Translations under genes and position numbers: made by a program
In this document: piece after piece, positions 29,944 through 41,491 of the stretch
How positions within the stretch are numbered: the first letter of the stretch is position 1
How the letters are laid out: every line of letters begins with the position of its first letter
Notes under the pieces: generated by a model
Told to the model about the DNA's origin: nothing
What the model saw: only the letters and a program-made list of their open reading frames with translations
Database searches by the model: none
NCBI GenBank assembly: GCA_946002045.1
Contig: CAMFYM010000001.1
Span: 1-63,581, forward strand
Reading direction: 5' to 3'
Length of the DNA stretch: 63,581 nt
Source: an uncultured Clostridia bacterium
GTDB taxonomy: Bacteria; Bacillota; Clostridia; Oscillospirales; Acutalibacteraceae

Positions 29944-30216
29944 TTATTTTACAGCGTCCTTAAGAGCTGAACCAGCCTTGAATGTTGGAACCTTTGACTC
30001 AGGAATTGAGATAGGTGCCTTTGTAAGTGGGTTAATACCTGTGCGAGCTGCACGAGTCTTAACTGCGAATGTACCAAAGCCAACGATTGAAACCTTATCA
30101 CCGTCAGCAAGTGCATCCTTAACTGCATCTAATACTGCTGTTACTGCAGCGTCAGCGTCCTTCTTTGAAAGCTCTGCCTTTGCAGCTACTGCTGCTACGA
30201 GTTCTGTTTTATTCAT
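29944..30216 (-). CDS. hup: DNA-binding protein HU
   Basis: MNKTELV, GFGTF, RAARTGINP and PTFKAG motifs. Confidence 0.97.
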   Translation of the reverse strand: MNKTELVAAVAAKAELSKKDADAAVTAVLDAVKDALADGDKVSIVGFGTFAVKTRAARTGINPLTKAPISIPESKVPTFKAGSALKDAVK

Positions 30217-31044
30217 TTAAAATTCCTCCGTTTTGCTGTTACCAGCTAATATTTCTTTTGCATCATCCCACAACAAATCAAGCTCCTCTATTGAAGAATC
30301 CTTCATTGAAATCCCTTTTTCCTTTGCTAATTGCTCAACAATGGTAAATCTTTTAATAAACTTATCTGTTGCACCTGTCAAGGCTTCCTCGCTATCAACG
30401 CCGATAAACCTTGCCACATTAACGCAGGAGAAAAGGACATCGCCAAATTCTTCCTCAATTTCAGACTGACTGTTATGTTCAACTGCAATAATTAACTCGT
30501 TAATCTCTTCATTAACCTTTGAAAAGGCACCCCTTGAATTATCCCAATCAAAGCCAACCTTTGCTGCCTTGCTCTGTACCTTTTGGGCACGCATTAAGGC
30601 AGGAAGCTCTTTAGGAACGCTTGACATATACTGACCTTGAGATTTAATACCCTTAAGGCTTTGCTTAACGGCATCCCAGCTTTGTAACGCTTCGTCAGCA
30701 TTGTTAGCCTTAACCTCTCCAAAAACATGTGGATGGCGAACGATTAACTTTTGACAAATATCGTTACAGACATCGTCAAAATCAAAGGTGCCTCTTTCTC
30801 GCTCCATTTCGCAATGGAGGGCAACCTGAAGAAGAATATCTCCTAATTCCTCCTTAAGACCGTCAGTGCTTTGCTGATTGATAGCCTCAATAACCTCATA
30901 TGCTTCTTCAATCAAATTCTTTTTGATTGAGCTATGAGTTTGGGCTCTGTCCCAAGGACAGCCATCCGGTGACCTTAGCAATGTGACGATTGAAATTAAA
31001 TCATCAATACCGTACTTTTCTTTAAGTTCAAGCTCAACTGCCAA
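30217..31044 (-). CDS. mazG: nucleoside triphosphate pyrophosphohydrolase MazG
   Basis: GCPWD..QTH, EEAYE, EELGD, RHPHVF and GFDW motifs; TTG start after GGTGA. Confidence 0.93.
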   Translation of the reverse strand: MAVELELKEKYGIDDLISIVTLLRSPDGCPWDRAQTHSSIKKNLIEEAYEVIEAINQQSTDGLKEELGDILLQVALHCEMERERGTFDFDDVCNDICQKLIVRHPHVFGEVKANNADEALQSWDAVKQSLKGIKSQGQYMSSVPKELPALMRAQKVQSKAAKVGFDWDNSRGAFSKVNEEINELIIAVEHNSQSEIEEEFGDVLFSCVNVARFIGVDSEEALTGATDKFIKRFTIVEQLAKEKGISMKDSSIEELDLLWDDAKEILAGNSKTEEF

Positions 31045-31078
31045 AATATCACCACTTTCGATTAACTTGTCTAAATAG

Positions 31079-31107
31079 ATAATACAATAGAAAGGGTAAA
31101 ATTTCAA
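31079..31107 (-). promoter_or_regulatory. sigma-A promoter of mazG-hup
   Basis: TTGAAA-17 nt-TATTAT. Confidence 0.55.
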
Positions 31108-31129
31108 GTATTTATGGATAATTTTTATA

Positions 31130-32788
31130 TTATTTTAAAGATTTTAGGTCACTAAATGTGACACAATTCATCAAAATCAAAAGAAAAATATACAAAATCA
31201 GGGAAAAGCCACCACACAACACAAGCATCAACGGTGAATTTGTGCTGCTAAAAAACGATTGACGAAATGAATTTGTAACGAAAAATACAATTCCTCCACA
31301 GACGATAGGCTTTACAAACACCTGAACGGCATTGATTTTTATCTTAGTATTTTTCTTTATGGTTACGATATTCCAAACAACAATAATCAAGTACCCTGCC
31401 AGATTTGATACTGCGCTGCCGATAATATTTATTTCGTCATTAGTGATTAAAGCAAAATTCAATGCTACTCTAACTATTGCAGACAGGATAAACGGTGGTA
31501 TGGTGGATTTTGCATAGCCCAATCCCTGCACGCAATAGACAGTGGTTGTGGCAACACAGCAGGGTAAAATTGTAACACCAAGGGCGAAAAGTATTCTGCC
31601 TGCATTACTGATAATATCCTGACTGCTGCTGTAAAACAGGCAAAGCAAATCGTTATAAAACAGCGACAGACAAAAGCCACCAAGAGTAGAGAGAATAACG
31701 GAATATTTAAAAATACTGTTTATTAAGGAAGAAAATCTTTCTCTGTTATTCTCATAGGCAGAGTTTACGGCAGGCACTGCCACCACGCCAAGCACCATTA
31801 CTATTGCAGGCACAAGGTTTTTAAAATCAAGTGCCACTGCGTACATTCCAAGTACATATGTATAAACATCATCACCGGTGGTTGAAAACACATTTGCAAG
31901 ATATTGAGCGTCACATCGTGACAGGCAGAATTGAATTGAGGCAGTGTCAAAAAAGTTGGCAATGCTTTGAACAACCGTTGCACCCACAAGACCTACACTG
32001 CATGATAACAGCTGATTATAGGCTGATTTTACATCTACTCTTTCCTTTGGCAGATCACTGTATTTTTGACTTGTATATATCATAGCAAAAATATATCCTG
32101 CCATACTGCCCAGCGTTACACCCAGCATTGCAAAGGCAGAGGAAATAGGATAAATCATTGACAATGCCTGCTGCTTGCTGAAAGCAATTACTCCAAGTAC
32201 TCTTTGAGTTGAATAATAAATATTAAGTAAATATTCCAAGGAGTGCTTTGCAAACAGTAATCCGAATACTAATTTAAACAAAGCCTCTATTGTTTGACTG
32301 ACAGCAGTTGCCTTCATATCAAGAAAGCCCTCTGCAAAGGCTCTGTGACCTGCACAAAGACAACTGAAAAACACTGACGGTGCTATTGCAAGTATTGTGA
32401 AAAGGCTATTAGGAGAGGCAGAAATATTTGACGAATAAGGCTTTGCCATAGCTAAAATAAACACAAGGCTGATTACTGCTACAATAAAGAATAATCTTTT
32501 TGACGCAAGGCGCAACGCCTTAACCTTAAGTCTATCTCCCCTTGCATCATAGGAGCTGACAAGTCTTGTTAAGGCTATTGGAAAAGCACCCATTGTTAAC
32601 GCATAAACAGGCATAGACAAATTATAAGCAATATTAAAATATCCTCTGCCTGTTGCTCCTATATATTCGGTTAAGGGAATTTTGTATAGGGCGCTGATAA
32701 TTTTAACAACCACAGTAGAGGCAAGGAGTAAAAAGGTTGATGAAAGGTACTTGCTTTTTAAATTATTCCTCACATAATCGCCTACCAA
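31130..32788 (-). CDS. SpoVB/YabM-like MOP-superfamily flippase
   Basis: About 14 TM segments; KIISALYKIPL...G..G.GYF and SQTIE motifs; upstream of mazG as in yabM-yabN. Confidence 0.82.
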   Translation of the reverse strand: MVGDYVRNNLKSKYLSSTFLLLASTVVVKIISALYKIPLTEYIGATGRGYFNIAYNLSMPVYALTMGAFPIALTRLVSSYDARGDRLKVKALRLASKRLFFIVAVISLVFILAMAKPYSSNISASPNSLFTILAIAPSVFFSCLCAGHRAFAEGFLDMKATAVSQTIEALFKLVFGLLFAKHSLEYLLNIYYSTQRVLGVIAFSKQQALSMIYPISSAFAMLGVTLGSMAGYIFAMIYTSQKYSDLPKERVDVKSAYNQLLSCSVGLVGATVVQSIANFFDTASIQFCLSRCDAQYLANVFSTTGDDVYTYVLGMYAVALDFKNLVPAIVMVLGVVAVPAVNSAYENNRERFSSLINSIFKYSVILSTLGGFCLSLFYNDLLCLFYSSSQDIISNAGRILFALGVTILPCCVATTTVYCVQGLGYAKSTIPPFILSAIVRVALNFALITNDEINIIGSAVSNLAGYLIIVVWNIVTIKKNTKIKINAVQVFVKPIVCGGIVFFVTNSFRQSFFSSTNSPLMLVLCGGFSLILYIFLLILMNCVTFSDLKSLK

Positions 32789-32791
32789 AAT

Positions 32792-32825
32792 AAAAAAATA
32801 CAGACAGTACTATTGTACTGCCTGC
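32792..32825 (-). terminator. intrinsic terminator
   Basis: GCAGGCAGTAC-aata-GTACTGTCTGT plus a U-tract on the minus strand. Confidence 0.75.
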
Positions 32826-32846
32826 ATAAAAAATTTATTACTATTA

Positions 32847-33320
32847 TTATTCCTCAGTATCGTCAAGCTCAAAGAAATCTGTTGGGTCAAGGGTTTCCTC
32901 AGGTTTGTTCTTTTTATCAAATTCCTTTTGGAAGGCGTCACGAGTTTTCTTTGTAGCATTGGCAACTGCCTCGTTAAACTCAGCCTTTGCAATCTCAATC
33001 TCCTGAGTTAAGTTGTCAATCTTGTTTTTAAGCTCAGAGATTTTTATTGCAATACCCTCAATCTCGTGAGTATCAGCCTCGTTACCGATATATGCCTCAT
33101 ACTGAAGTCTGCCGAATTTTTCGTAAGCCTTTGCAAGCTTTGTTTTTGCATCAAGGCACTCAACTCTTTTTCTGCTGATTTCAAGATGCTCAACACTTTT
33201 TTTACCAACACTTTCGGCTACATCCTTTGTTTTATTGAAAACCTCTTCAAGCTTTTCGTTGTTAATATTAAAGTCACCGTTATTAAAAATATCACTAAAT
33301 TTTATGGCCATAATTATCAC
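32847..33320 (-). CDS. coiled-coil hypothetical protein
   Basis: 157-aa ORF with RBS, its own promoter (TTGCAA-17-TATAAT, 33330-33358) and terminator. Confidence 0.75.
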   Translation of the reverse strand: MIIMAIKFSDIFNNGDFNINNEKLEEVFNKTKDVAESVGKKSVEHLEISRKRVECLDAKTKLAKAYEKFGRLQYEAYIGNEADTHEIEGIAIKISELKNKIDNLTQEIEIAKAEFNEAVANATKKTRDAFQKEFDKKNKPEETLDPTDFFELDDTEE

Positions 33321-33378
33321 CTCATTTATATTATATTACACTTTGTAAAATATTGCAATACAAAAGGTGTATGTTTGT

Positions 33379-34812
33379 TTATTTATATTCATTATAAAAA
33401 TCAATTATACCTTTCTTCCTGCTCAACATTTCATCAAAATTATCAATATATTCATAGGGGTATTTGTAGTTATAAATACGCTCAATCTTGCCTGATTTTA
33501 CTGCCTTAAGACGAGTAACGGCACCGGCTCCTGCTGCAAAAACAGAGTGGGTTTCGTCCATCATATAAACATTGTAAAGGCAATCAAATCCGTCCTTGCA
33601 CCATCCCACATTTTCTAAATTACCAAGAGATTTTGACTGACGATACATATAATACGGATAATATCCCTTTGAATAAAGGGTGTTGTTTGCATAATCAACC
33701 ATTGCACCTGCAGTCAGTCTATCGGTTAAGTCAAAGGTTTTTTCCTTTGTTACCATATATGCAGCTGATTTTAACGCAAGTGTATGAACAGTTACCGACT
33801 CTGCTCCAAGCCCAACGGCTGAATTAACACTATTCTTAAATGAATCAAGAGTATCCTTTGGTAAGCCTGCAATTAGGTCCATATTGATATTATCAAAGCC
33901 CATTGTCCTTGCTAATTCAAAAGCCTCCACCGTTTGTAATGCAGTATGCCTTCTACCGATTTCCACCAAAACATCGTCATTAAAGGTTTGCGGGTTAATA
34001 CTGATTCTTGACACCTTTGCATTTTTAATGGCTAAAAGCTTTTCGGCAGTTACGGTATCGGGTCTTCCTGCCTCAACAGTATATTCACGCAAATCAGATA
34101 AATCGAAATTATCTTTAATAGTATTAAAAATTTTAGTAAGCAGGTGTGGCTCAAGCGTTGTGGGAGTACCTCCACCAAAATATATGGTTTCAAGCCTAAG
34201 GCTTAATTTACGGGCAATGGTGCCGATTTGCTCAAGCTCCCTGCAAAGCAAATCAACATAAGGGTCAATAAGCTTTTTTGTTCGCTCTATTGAGTGAGAA
34301 ACAAAGGAGCAGTATGCACACCGAGTGGGACAAAAGGGTATTGAAACATAAAGAGAAAAGGAATTATCTCTTGAAAGAGATATAATTTTGTTTTCGTGCT
34401 CCATAACATCGGCTGTTAAATCAGCCTTACTTGGTGAAACAAGAAATTCATTAACAAAATGAGATTTTGCCAAATCATTGCCCATCATATCTGTAAGACG
34501 GTGCATAAGCTTTGCAGGTCTGACACCGTAAAGTATTCCCCACTCCGACTTAATACCCATAACCTCACTTAACGCATTATAAAGCAAAACGGACATAGCA
34601 GTTGCCATATCCTCGTCCTTGCTTACAGTATGAGATTTTACCACACATCTGTCATACACCTTAACATCGGCAACAAAGGTGTTATCTCTTTTTTCTGTTA
34701 TTACAACAATATCGCTGTCCCCTTGGCTGACAATTTTTTCATAGGGAAAAAACGCAGTACAAATATTCTTCATATCGTATTCAAAGGGATGATTTATTAC
34801 CTTTAAAACCAT
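33379..34812 (-). CDS. hemZ: radical SAM protein HemZ (coproporphyrinogen dehydrogenase-like)
   Basis: WGILYGVRP, CPTRCAYC, YFGGGTPT, EAGRPD and PYYMYRQ motifs. Confidence 0.9.
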   Translation of the reverse strand: MVLKVINHPFEYDMKNICTAFFPYEKIVSQGDSDIVVITEKRDNTFVADVKVYDRCVVKSHTVSKDEDMATAMSVLLYNALSEVMGIKSEWGILYGVRPAKLMHRLTDMMGNDLAKSHFVNEFLVSPSKADLTADVMEHENKIISLSRDNSFSLYVSIPFCPTRCAYCSFVSHSIERTKKLIDPYVDLLCRELEQIGTIARKLSLRLETIYFGGGTPTTLEPHLLTKIFNTIKDNFDLSDLREYTVEAGRPDTVTAEKLLAIKNAKVSRISINPQTFNDDVLVEIGRRHTALQTVEAFELARTMGFDNINMDLIAGLPKDTLDSFKNSVNSAVGLGAESVTVHTLALKSAAYMVTKEKTFDLTDRLTAGAMVDYANNTLYSKGYYPYYMYRQSKSLGNLENVGWCKDGFDCLYNVYMMDETHSVFAAGAGAVTRLKAVKSGKIERIYNYKYPYEYIDNFDEMLSRKKGIIDFYNEYK

Positions 34813-34823
34813 AAATATAATTC

Positions 34824-35438
34824 CTATTTCATATATGGATTATTTGCTCTTTCAAAATCGAGAGTAGAAAATCTGTCGTGACCGGGATAAACATTAAAGT
34901 TACCGTTAAGTGACGATAAACGCTTAAGGCTTTGCTTTATTTCTGCTACACTGCCACCGGGAAAATCAGTTCTGCCACAGGAGCAAAAGAACAGAGTGTC
35001 GCCTGTGAACAGGCTGTTATCACAAAGATAGCAAACTCCACCCTTTGTGTGTCCTGATGTGGCAATAACGCTGATTTTGCTTTCGCCAAGCTCAATAACA
35101 TCGCCGTCACCAATTATAATATCGGCATCAACATTGTTTTGAGGTGAGCCGCAAAAGGCTGCCAGACTTTCCTTTGAGGAATTGAGCATTGGCTCATCCT
35201 CCTTGCTGATAACAACCTTTGCACCTGTTAAATCCTTAATTCCCTTAACTCCGGTGATATGGTCAAAATGTCCGTGGGTCAGCAGGATATATTCAAGCTG
35301 TGTGCCCTTAACAAAATCTCTCATTTTATCACTATCATCGCTGCAATCAATAAGGGCAGATTTACCGGAGGATATATCGGTTATCAAATAGCAATTATTT
35401 TGCAGACTGCCGAATATACCGTGTTTTACATCAAGCAT
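34824..35438 (-). CDS. MBL-fold metallohydrolase (glyoxalase II-like)
   Basis: THGHFDH, GHT, FTGD and PGH motifs. Confidence 0.9.
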   Translation of the reverse strand: MLDVKHGIFGSLQNNCYLITDISSGKSALIDCSDDSDKMRDFVKGTQLEYILLTHGHFDHITGVKGIKDLTGAKVVISKEDEPMLNSSKESLAAFCGSPQNNVDADIIIGDGDVIELGESKISVIATSGHTKGGVCYLCDNSLFTGDTLFFCSCGRTDFPGGSVAEIKQSLKRLSSLNGNFNVYPGHDRFSTLDFERANNPYMK

Positions 35439-35890
35439 TACTTTAATTCCTTACTGTCTAAAATTATTGTAACAGGTCCGTCGTTAAGCAGAGAAACCTT
35501 CATATCTGCACCAAACTCGCCTGTATCTACCTTTTTTACGCCTGACCTTTTAAGCTCCTCCACAAAATAGAGATATAGCTCATTGGCAACATCAGGTGGT
35601 GCAGATTTAGTAAAGCTTGGTCGCCTGCCGTGTGAGCAATCTGCACAAAGTGTAAACTGCGACACTACTAATATTTCTCCGTCAATATCAAGACAGGACA
35701 AATTCATTTTGCCGTTTTCGTCCTCAAAAACACGCAAAACAGGGATTTTTTTAACCAGCTTATCTGCCTCGGCTAAGGTATCACCCTGCTCAACTCCAAG
35801 CAAAATCAAAAATCCTTTATCTGTTTTGCCAACCTCCTTGCCGTCAATGACAACAGAGGAATGTGCTACACGCTGAATTACTGCTTTCAT
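35438..35890 (-). CDS. dtd: D-aminoacyl-tRNA deacylase
   Basis: [19 protein letters not shown] and NDGPVT motifs. Confidence 0.97.
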   Translation of the reverse strand: MKAVIQRVAHSSVVIDGKEVGKTDKGFLILLGVEQGDTLAEADKLVKKIPVLRVFEDENGKMNLSCLDIDGEILVVSQFTLCADCSHGRRPSFTKSAPPDVANELYLYFVEELKRSGVKKVDTGEFGADMKVSLLNDGPVTIILDSKELK

Positions 35891-38097
35891 TATTTACCTG
35901 CACTTCTTTCAATATGATAAACTCCGTCAACCTTTCTCAAAATCTTTTCAACACTTTCAAGGTGCTCCTTTGAGTTAACGGTGATAGTCATTGTGGTAAG
36001 GCAATTACCATCGTTAATCGGTCTTGCGTTAATAGCGTGAATTTTAACATGGGCATTTGCCATTTTTGTTGTGACATCAAGCAAAAAGCCATCACGGTCA
36101 ATAGCATAAATATCTATTGTTGAGCGAGCCTCAACCTGAACGCTGCTGTCCCAATGAGCCTTAACCCAACGCTCCGGCTCAGGTGAAGCAGAAATATCAA
36201 TAGGCACATTAGTGCAATCACGCCTGTGAATAGTTAAGCCTGTGCCACGATTGATAAATCCGATAATCGGTTCACCGGGGATTGGAGAGCAGCAACGAGC
36301 CATTTTAACGAGGCAGTTATCTATACCCTCTACAACAACACCATTGGAATTTTTTGATGATGAATTGCTGTCTGTTGGGATAACCGGCTTTTGAACGGTA
36401 GGCTCCTTTGGTCGCCAATTACGGTTATATTCATCCTTAATACCGGGGATAAGCCTTGTTATTTGGATACCACCGTAGCCTACTGCTGCGTAAAAATCGT
36501 CAAGATTTTCAAAATGCTGACGCTCTGCAATCTTCTTGATAAAGGAATCATACTGCTCTGACTCAAGCCTGATGAAATTCCTTTTTAGCTCTCTTTCAAC
36601 CTCTGCCTTACCCTGAACAATATTCTCCTCACGCTTTTCCTTTTTGAACCAGGCACGGATTTTACTCCTTGACTCACCTGTTGTAACAATATTAAGCCAA
36701 TCACGGCTGGGTCCCTTGCCCTGTGCGTTGGAGGTTAAAATTTCAACAATTTCGCCTGTTTTAACCTTATAGTCAAGGGTAACAATTTTACCGTCAACCT
36801 TTGCACCCACCATTTTGTTACCAACGGCAGAATGAATTGCATAGGCAAAATCAATTACGGTTGCACCCTTGGGCAATGATTTAACATCGCCCTTCGGCGT
36901 AAAAACATATACCTCATCGGCAGAAAGGTCACCCTTAATATTTGCAACCAGCTCCTCGGCATTTTCCGTTTCTCTTCCTGCTTCAAGAATACGGTGCACC
37001 CATTCAAGCTGATTATCCATTCTGTCCTTGCCACCCTTGCCAAGCTTATATTTCCAATGGGCAGCAATACCGAATTCAGCTGTACGGTGCATATCCCAAG
37101 TACGAATTTGAACCTCAAAGGGTACTCCTGATTTTGACAAAACGGTGGTATGCAGTGACTGATACATATTCGGCTTTGGCATAGAAATATAATCCTTAAA
37201 CCTACCGGGTAAGGGCTGAAACATATCGTGAATTATGCCAAGTGCATTATAGCAGTCAATCATTGAATCAACAATTATTCTAACAGCATAAATATCGAAA
37301 ATCTGTTCAAAATTCTTATTCTTAATATACACCTTACGGAATATACCGTGAACAGATTTAACTCGTGATGTGATTTCTACATTTTTCATAACAGGAGTGA
37401 TTTTGTCGCTGATTTGCTGTGTAATGTCAGCAAGGAACTTTTCGCCCTGCTCCTTTTTCATAGAAAGATTTTTCTCTATCTCCTTGTATGCTATTGGATC
37501 AAGATATGATATTGCTAAATCCTCAAGCTCCTCCTTAATGGGACGAATACCTAAACGGTGAGCAATTGGTGCGTAAATCTCAAGTGTTTCAAGACTTTTT
37601 TCCCTTTGCTTATATTCAGGCATATGCTCAAGAGTTCGCATATTATGGAGTCGGTCGCAAAGCTTGATAATGATAACTCTGATGTCCTCGTTCATAGCAA
37701 TAAACATTTTTCTTATGTTTTCAGCCTGAACCTCTTCCCTTGTGGAAAGAGGAATTTGACCAAGCTTTGTTACACCGTCAACTAAAAGTGCAACCTCGTC
37801 ACCAAATTCTCTTTTGATGTAATCAATATTATATTCGGTATCCTCCACAACATCGTGGAGCAACGCACCGATAATGCACTCGTTATCCATACCGAATTTA
37901 AACAGAATTTTAGCCACGGCAACAGGGTGCATTATGTATGGCTCACCTGAACGACGGCGCTGATTTTTATGTGCGTCGTGAGCCAAATTATATGCCTTTT
38001 CAATTTTTGCATAATCGTATTGAGGATTCTTTTTTACTTCCTCAAAAAATTCTGCAAAGCCGTCATTGTAGCTTTCTTCATATACTGTGTCACTCAA
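35890..38097 (-). CDS. rel: bifunctional (p)ppGpp synthetase/hydrolase
   Basis: [20 protein letters not shown] and EVQIRT motifs; TGS and ACT domains. Confidence 0.96.
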   Translation of the reverse strand: MSDTVYEESYNDGFAEFFEEVKKNPQYDYAKIEKAYNLAHDAHKNQRRRSGEPYIMHPVAVAKILFKFGMDNECIIGALLHDVVEDTEYNIDYIKREFGDEVALLVDGVTKLGQIPLSTREEVQAENIRKMFIAMNEDIRVIIIKLCDRLHNMRTLEHMPEYKQREKSLETLEIYAPIAHRLGIRPIKEELEDLAISYLDPIAYKEIEKNLSMKKEQGEKFLADITQQISDKITPVMKNVEITSRVKSVHGIFRKVYIKNKNFEQIFDIYAVRIIVDSMIDCYNALGIIHDMFQPLPGRFKDYISMPKPNMYQSLHTTVLSKSGVPFEVQIRTWDMHRTAEFGIAAHWKYKLGKGGKDRMDNQLEWVHRILEAGRETENAEELVANIKGDLSADEVYVFTPKGDVKSLPKGATVIDFAYAIHSAVGNKMVGAKVDGKIVTLDYKVKTGEIVEILTSNAQGKGPSRDWLNIVTTGESRSKIRAWFKKEKREENIVQGKAEVERELKRNFIRLESEQYDSFIKKIAERQHFENLDDFYAAVGYGGIQITRLIPGIKDEYNRNWRPKEPTVQKPVIPTDSNSSSKNSNGVVVEGIDNCLVKMARCCSPIPGEPIIGFINRGTGLTIHRRDCTNVPIDISASPEPERWVKAHWDSSVQVEARSTIDIYAIDRDGFLLDVTTKMANAHVKIHAINARPINDGNCLTTMTITVNSKEHLESVEKILRKVDGVYHIERSAGK

Positions 38098-40123
38098 CTT
38101 TAAGCCTTCCCTTCAAGGTGGTTATTATTTTTGTATTATTAAGGTCTGTTTTGCCCTGTATTTCATTAACAGCAATTCTGCCTTGATTTATATTAACCAA
38201 GCCTGATTGCAAAAATGCCTCTGCTGCAAAGGAAACCTGACCAAATGTATATTTCTGCTTTAATGAAAAATACAAATCCTCAGCAGTAAAATTCTTTTGG
38301 CTGTTGCTCCTTATATGTCTATATACTGCTGCGCATATATCTCGTGTGGGATAAAGCTCTCCCTTTGGCTCATTACCAAGAAGGAACGCCTCGTAATTAT
38401 CCCTTTCGGCAAAATATTTATCGTCATCAACACCGTTATATCTAACATCAATCACACGGATTGAAAGGTAATATTTACCCTTAAAATAGTTTTTTGAAAG
38501 CTTAACTGCAAGGTCAATATCATCACCGATATTGTAAGGAAACTCCTGTGGCGTTGTTTGAAATTTTACAGCCTTAAAGCTTTGACCCTTTTTTTGAACA
38601 TCAAGCCTGATGTGCTTACCGTCACCCATTGGAGTAATATTCATCAGCTTAACATTGAACAAACCAAATACAGGCTGGGGATTATCTGCTCCAAAGGGCT
38701 CCAATACATTTAGGTTATCCACTAAATCGGTATTAAGATAAAATGGAGAAAGCTTGCAATCAATACCTAATGTTTGATTTGGCATAACAGGATAATAATT
38801 GTTTGCATATTGATTTATCCTGTCCCTAAAGGCATCAATATCGTTAGCCCTAATACCCAAGCCTGCTGCCAAAGGATGCCCACCGAAATGAGTCAGCATA
38901 GATGAGCAGGAGGATATGGCGTCAAAAATATTAAAGCCGTCAACACTTCTTGCAGAGCCGACACACTCTCCGTCATCATCAATTCCGATGATTATTGCAG
39001 GCTTGCCGTACTGTGAAACTATGTGAGATGCAGCAATTCCTATAACACCGTGGTGATAATTATTGCCTGCAATCACTATAACCCGTTGCTGAATAAGAGA
39101 AGGATTTAGAGCAATTTTTTCCCTAATATCATCGGCAATATTACTCTCAACCTCGTGCCTATGATTATTTTCAAGATTTAGCTGCTCTGCCTTAAACTGT
39201 GCGTCCTCATAGTCGTCACATATTAAAAGCTCCAGTGCTTTATAAGCAGTATCCATTCTGCCTGCTGCATTGATACGAGGACAAATTTGAAAGGCAATAT
39301 CAACGGCTGTTAAGTCTTCATCACTGTTTCCTGATACCTGACGCAGTGCAGACAAGCCAATTCTTGAATCAGAGTTAATCAGTTTTAGTCCTGCCTTAAC
39401 AAATCCCCTGTTTTCGCTTTTAAGAGGGACAATATCACCGATTGTACCAATAGCAACTAAATCGGCATACTGTTCAAGCATATCATCCACATCGCCGTCA
39501 TATACGGCACAGGCAAGCTTAAAGGCAACTCCGACACCTGCAAAATCCCTAAACCTGATTGCATTATCCTCTCTGTGAGGATTTATTACTGCAACGGCAT
39601 TAGGCAAAGATTCGCCTATTTGGTGATGGTCTGTAATTATTAAATCCATACCAAGCTGATTTATATAATCTGCCTCCTCAAAGGCAGAAATACCGTTATC
39701 AACAGTGATAATTAAATCCGTGTTGCGTTTTTTGATAATATCTATTGCAGATTTATTCATACCGTATCCGTCAGACAATCTGTTAGGAATAAAATATGAA
39801 ACACTTGCACCCATACTCTCAAGAAAGGTATAAAGCAAAGCAGTTGATGTTACACCGTCGCAATCATAATCACCGTAAATGCAGATATTTTGGCTACAAT
39901 CAATAGCCTCGTTAATACGAGAAACAGCCTTATCCATATCTGCAAATGAATAAGGCGAGGTAAAGGCATAGCTGCTTGATAAAAAGTCAGATGCCGAAAG
40001 CTCATCATCTATTCCCCTTGAAACAAGCAGGAAGGCAATGAACGGGTCAATATTCAGTTTTTCGCTCAATAATGACGCCTTTTCCTTATCAGCGTCTGCT
40101 ACAATCCATCTTCTGTGTGCCAT
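38090..40123 (-). CDS. recJ: single-stranded-DNA exonuclease RecJ
   Basis: YGDYDCDG, TVDNG, TDHH, PRINAAGR and FGGH motifs. Confidence 0.95.
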   Translation of the reverse strand: MAHRRWIVADADKEKASLLSEKLNIDPFIAFLLVSRGIDDELSASDFLSSSYAFTSPYSFADMDKAVSRINEAIDCSQNICIYGDYDCDGVTSTALLYTFLESMGASVSYFIPNRLSDGYGMNKSAIDIIKKRNTDLIITVDNGISAFEEADYINQLGMDLIITDHHQIGESLPNAVAVINPHREDNAIRFRDFAGVGVAFKLACAVYDGDVDDMLEQYADLVAIGTIGDIVPLKSENRGFVKAGLKLINSDSRIGLSALRQVSGNSDEDLTAVDIAFQICPRINAAGRMDTAYKALELLICDDYEDAQFKAEQLNLENNHRHEVESNIADDIREKIALNPSLIQQRVIVIAGNNYHHGVIGIAASHIVSQYGKPAIIIGIDDDGECVGSARSVDGFNIFDAISSCSSMLTHFGGHPLAAGLGIRANDIDAFRDRINQYANNYYPVMPNQTLGIDCKLSPFYLNTDLVDNLNVLEPFGADNPQPVFGLFNVKLMNITPMGDGKHIRLDVQKKGQSFKAVKFQTTPQEFPYNIGDDIDLAVKLSKNYFKGKYYLSIRVIDVRYNGVDDDKYFAERDNYEAFLLGNEPKGELYPTRDICAAVYRHIRSNSQKNFTAEDLYFSLKQKYTFGQVSFAAEAFLQSGLVNINQGRIAVNEIQGKTDLNNTKIITTLKGRLKVE

Positions 40124-40458
40124 TATGAATTTTTATCTACTACATGGAATTTTTTTAGGTTACCGGCTTTTTGGGCTCTTTTTTCAAGCTCTGCCTCAAT
40201 GTCCTCAGGAGTTATTCCCTGATTTGCCATCATTACAAGAGTATGATAAATAAGGTCTGTGATTTCGTAAACAGTTTCCTCCTTATCATTATTCTTGGCA
40301 GCAATAACCATTTCAGTACATTCCTCGCCAACCTTCTTTAATATTTTGTCAATACCCTTTTCAAAAAGATAGCAGGTATATGAGCCCTCCTGCTGTGCGT
40401 CCTTTCTGTCAAGGATTGTTTGATATTCTGCCTTAATATAGTCCATATTGTCCTCCAT
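40123..40458 (-). CDS. hisE: phosphoribosyl-ATP pyrophosphohydrolase
   Basis: GSYT.YLF.KG..KILKKVGEE and DLIYH motifs. Confidence 0.93.
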   Translation of the reverse strand: MEDNMDYIKAEYQTILDRKDAQQEGSYTCYLFEKGIDKILKKVGEECTEMVIAAKNNDKEETVYEITDLIYHTLVMMANQGITPEDIEAELEKRAQKAGNLKKFHVVDKNS

Positions 40459-40464
40459 TACAAA

Positions 40465-40782
40465 TCATACAATTTTATTGAAAAAGCAAGTGTGGCTACC
40501 TGTATGGCAGGCAGCACCTGTTTGTACTACCTTTACAAGCAAAGTGTCATCGTCGCAATCTCCGTCTATGGAAACAACCCTTTGCAAATGACCGGAGGTT
40601 GCACCCTTATTCCAAAGCTCCTGCCTTGACCTGGACCAAAACCAAGTATAGCCTGTTTCTAATGTTTTTTGCAGTGACTCACGATTCATATAGGCAAGCA
40701 TAAGCACCTGATTTGTTGAATCCTCCTGAATAATAACAGGAATTAAATCTGATTTTTTAAAATACTTTTCTACATCAAGCAT
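40465..40782 (-). CDS. hisI: phosphoribosyl-AMP cyclohydrolase
   Basis: [21 protein letters not shown] and ACHTG..CF motifs. Confidence 0.95.
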   Translation of the reverse strand: MLDVEKYFKKSDLIPVIIQEDSTNQVLMLAYMNRESLQKTLETGYTWFWSRSRQELWNKGATSGHLQRVVSIDGDCDDDTLLVKVVQTGAACHTGSHTCFFNKIV

Positions 40783-41491
40783 TGCATACCTCCACAGCCT
40801 GTGCTAAATCAAGTGTTTTTTCGTAAATACTTTTACCGCAAATTGCACCGTAAAGTTGATTATCACGAAGTGAAATTATATCGTCTATACTCTTAATACC
40901 ACCGGAGGCAGTAATATTGCATGAAACAGCATTGTTAATTTCGTTAAGCTGTTGAATGTTGGCACCTGACAGTGTGCCGTCCTTGCTGATGTCGGTATAA
41001 ATAATAGTTTTAACACCTATATCCTCCATTTTTTTAGCAAGGTCGGTGAAATAAATATCGCTGCTTTGAGTCCAGCCTTCAGTAGCAGCATAGCCGTTTT
41101 TTGCATCAATACCAACGGCAATAATATCGCCAAACTCCTTGACTGCATCCTTAACAAGTTGAGGATTTTTAAGAGCAACAGAGCCAAGTATAATTCGGCT
41201 GATACCGTTATTCACATAATAGTCAATATGCTCCATTGTGCGTATGCCACCACCTAATTCAACCTTAAGTGATGTTTGCTGCGCTACTGAAATAAAGGTG
41301 CTTGCGTTAACAGGCTCCTTTTTTAATGAGCCGTCCAAATCCACCATATGCACCCATTGACAGCCATTTTTAACAAATCCTTCTGCCGTTTCAAGCACAT
41401 CATTGGCAACCTGCTGAGCAGTAGAAAAATCACCCTTATAAAGTCTTACAGGCTTACCGTCTATTATATCTATTGCCGGAAAAATTATCAT
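40775..41491 (-). CDS. hisA: ProFAR isomerase
   Basis: [26 protein letters not shown] and TDISKDG motifs. Confidence 0.94.
   Translation of the reverse strand: MIIFPAIDIIDGKPVRLYKGDFSTAQQVANDVLETAEGFVKNGCQWVHMVDLDGSLKKEPVNASTFISVAQQTSLKVELGGGIRTMEHIDYYVNNGISRIILGSVALKNPQLVKDAVKEFGDIIAVGIDAKNGYAATEGWTQSSDIYFTDLAKKMEDIGVKTIIYTDISKDGTLSGANIQQLNEINNAVSCNITASGGIKSIDDIISLRDNQLYGAICGKSIYEKTLDLAQAVEVCNA

Noticed and set aside
30217-31044. MazG lacking the YabN methylase domain, or as a defence gene
   Set aside because: Stand-alone MazG in the conserved yabM-hup cluster is ordinary housekeeping
33379-34812. HemZ as maturase of the 55-aa peptide
   Set aside because: It is 30 kb away in the conserved rel-dtd-MBL-hemZ context, with no RRE or SPASM domain
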